From Dehalococcoidia bacterium (GTDB taxonomy: Bacteria; Chloroflexota; Dehalococcoidia; Bin125): a stretch of 64,000 nucleotides of DNA. The stretch covers positions 2,744,376-2,808,375 of the forward strand of contig OZ247431.1 in the NCBI GenBank assembly GCA_965232875.1, given 5' to 3'. Of the stretch, positions 63,366 through 64,000 are shown piece after piece; within the stretch, counting starts at the first letter, position 1, and every line of letters begins with the position of its first letter. The notes beneath the pieces were generated by a model, which worked only from the letters and a program-made list of their open reading frames with translations, did not search any database and was not told where the DNA came from. A program made the position numbers and the translations under genes.

Positions 63366-64000
63366 CTACGCCTCGATCCGTTCGATCCGGCCCGAGTCGA
63401 GGTCGAGCGTGACCACGCTGGTCTGCAGCTGCTCGCGGTAGACGTCGTGCGTTTCTCCCTCCTCGACCAGGACCATTTCTTTGGTCGTGCGTCCCTTGAC
63501 CAGGACGCGGGACTCCGGCGTCTCCAGTTCGAGGTTGTCGAGGAAGCCGGCCGCGACCAGCATCGCCAGGTGACCCTTACGCAAGGGCATCAAGGGGCGC
63601 GTCGAGCGGTCCGTGGGCGGCCAGAAGGCCTCGGTGATCTCGTCCTGGGTCCAGAGCCCGCGCTTGCGAGCCTCGGCGACCGCCTTCGAGAAGTCGATCA
63701 CCCGGGTCGTGAACATCACCGGACCCGGCGCCGACATACCGATGTCGTACTCAGGCCGTAGGTCGTGGCGCAGCGGTTCCAGCTCCTGGATGCTGGCCAG
63801 CAGATCGTTCATCGCCCGTGCGTCGGGCCGCGGTTGCGGCTTGCGCACACCGAGCACGACGACCTGGTCGAACTGGTCGCGCTCGGGCTCGGGGAAGGCC
63901 CAGGCCCGGACGCGCCGGTAGTTGGTCGTCAGGAAGCGCGCCGAGGTCGCGATCTGCGCGCGCGGGATGATGTAGACCAGCACCCCGTCCGGCTCCAGGT
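63366..64000 (-). CDS. C-terminal part of a larger hypothetical protein whose 5' part lies beyond the window end
   Basis: The reading frame stays open to the window edge (..LEPDGVLVYIIPRAQIATSARFL...). The ORF-track ORF 63366-63983 is its tail. No domain was assigned with confidence. Confidence 0.5.
   Translation of the reverse strand, partial: LEPDGVLVYIIPRAQIATSARFLTTNYRRVRAWAFPEPERDQFDQVVVLGVRKPQPRPDARAMNDLLASIQELEPLRHDLRPEYDIGMSAPGPVMFTTRVIDFSKAVAEARKRGLWTQDEITEAFWPPTDRSTRPLMPLRKGHLAMLVAAGFLDNLELETPESRVLVKGRTTKEMVLVEEGETHDVYREQLQTSVVTLDLDSGRIERIEA

Noticed and set aside
1-64000. tRNA, rRNA or riboswitch genes
   Set aside because: Intergenic regions were scanned by eye (for example 9650-10010, 27068-27453, 41364-41717, 46526-46945). 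None showed a cloverleaf-compatible acceptor/T-arm pattern or known riboswitch cores. All conspicuous structures were simple GC hairpins of the repeat families. A tRNAscan/Infernal run would be needed to be sure.

Overview
High-GC (about 65-70%) bacterial chromosomal window. Gene content (ferredoxin-type nirA, narB, an NNP-family nitrate transporter, addAB, a cobA/hemD fusion, an LmbE-like deacetylase) suggests a Terrabacteria/Chloroflexota- or Actinobacteria-like organism; the taxon cannot be fixed from sequence alone. Positions 1-33000 are mostly core genes. From the start these are: two Cys-rich small proteins, a NUDIX hydrolase, a PIG-L deacetylase, lexA with an upstream Cheo-like SOS box, an orphan Opp/Dpp-type ABC ATPase, holA, the nitrate-assimilation cluster nirA-narB-narK, the addB-addA helicase-nuclease, dnaN, a HAD hydrolase, the haem/sirohaem operon sirC-hemC-cobA/hemD-hemB, lepB, pyrE, a family-5-like uracil-DNA glycosylase, one complete IS481-family insertion sequence, an MFS transporter and an acyl-CoA dehydrogenase-like gene. 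Two families of small palindromic intergenic repeats (REP/MITE-like) are scattered through the window. Positions 33000-64000 are an accessory/defence region. It contains: (i) two about 385-bp GT-rich direct repeats bracketing a cassette with a DNA methyltransferase-HNH nuclease fusion and mscS; (ii) a second paralogous MTase-HNH fusion with a different central (putative target-recognition) segment; (iii) an orphan TacA (DUF1778) antitoxin next to a truncated GNAT-toxin stub; (iv) a CBASS-like operon with a patatin-like phospholipase and an unusually long SMODS-type nucleotidyltransferase carrying an unrecognised Cys-rich C-terminal domain, divergently paired with a fused HTH-ImmA/IrrE metallopeptidase regulator plus a PIN-like protein; (v) a stand-alone AAA_13 (PrrC/RloC-like) ATPase; (vi) a decayed dnaE2 (error-prone polymerase) pseudogene; (vii) a 2470-aa secreted metalloprotease-like giant protein with near-identical tandem domain repeats; (viii) an SNF2-family helicase followed by several tiny Cys-rich ORFs, likely part of a mobile element running off the window end. 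No rRNA, tRNA or CRISPR array was recognised. Hand-derived site coordinates may be off by 1-2 nt. CDS coordinates follow the ORF track; several starts were moved to internal start codons on the basis of family N-termini.
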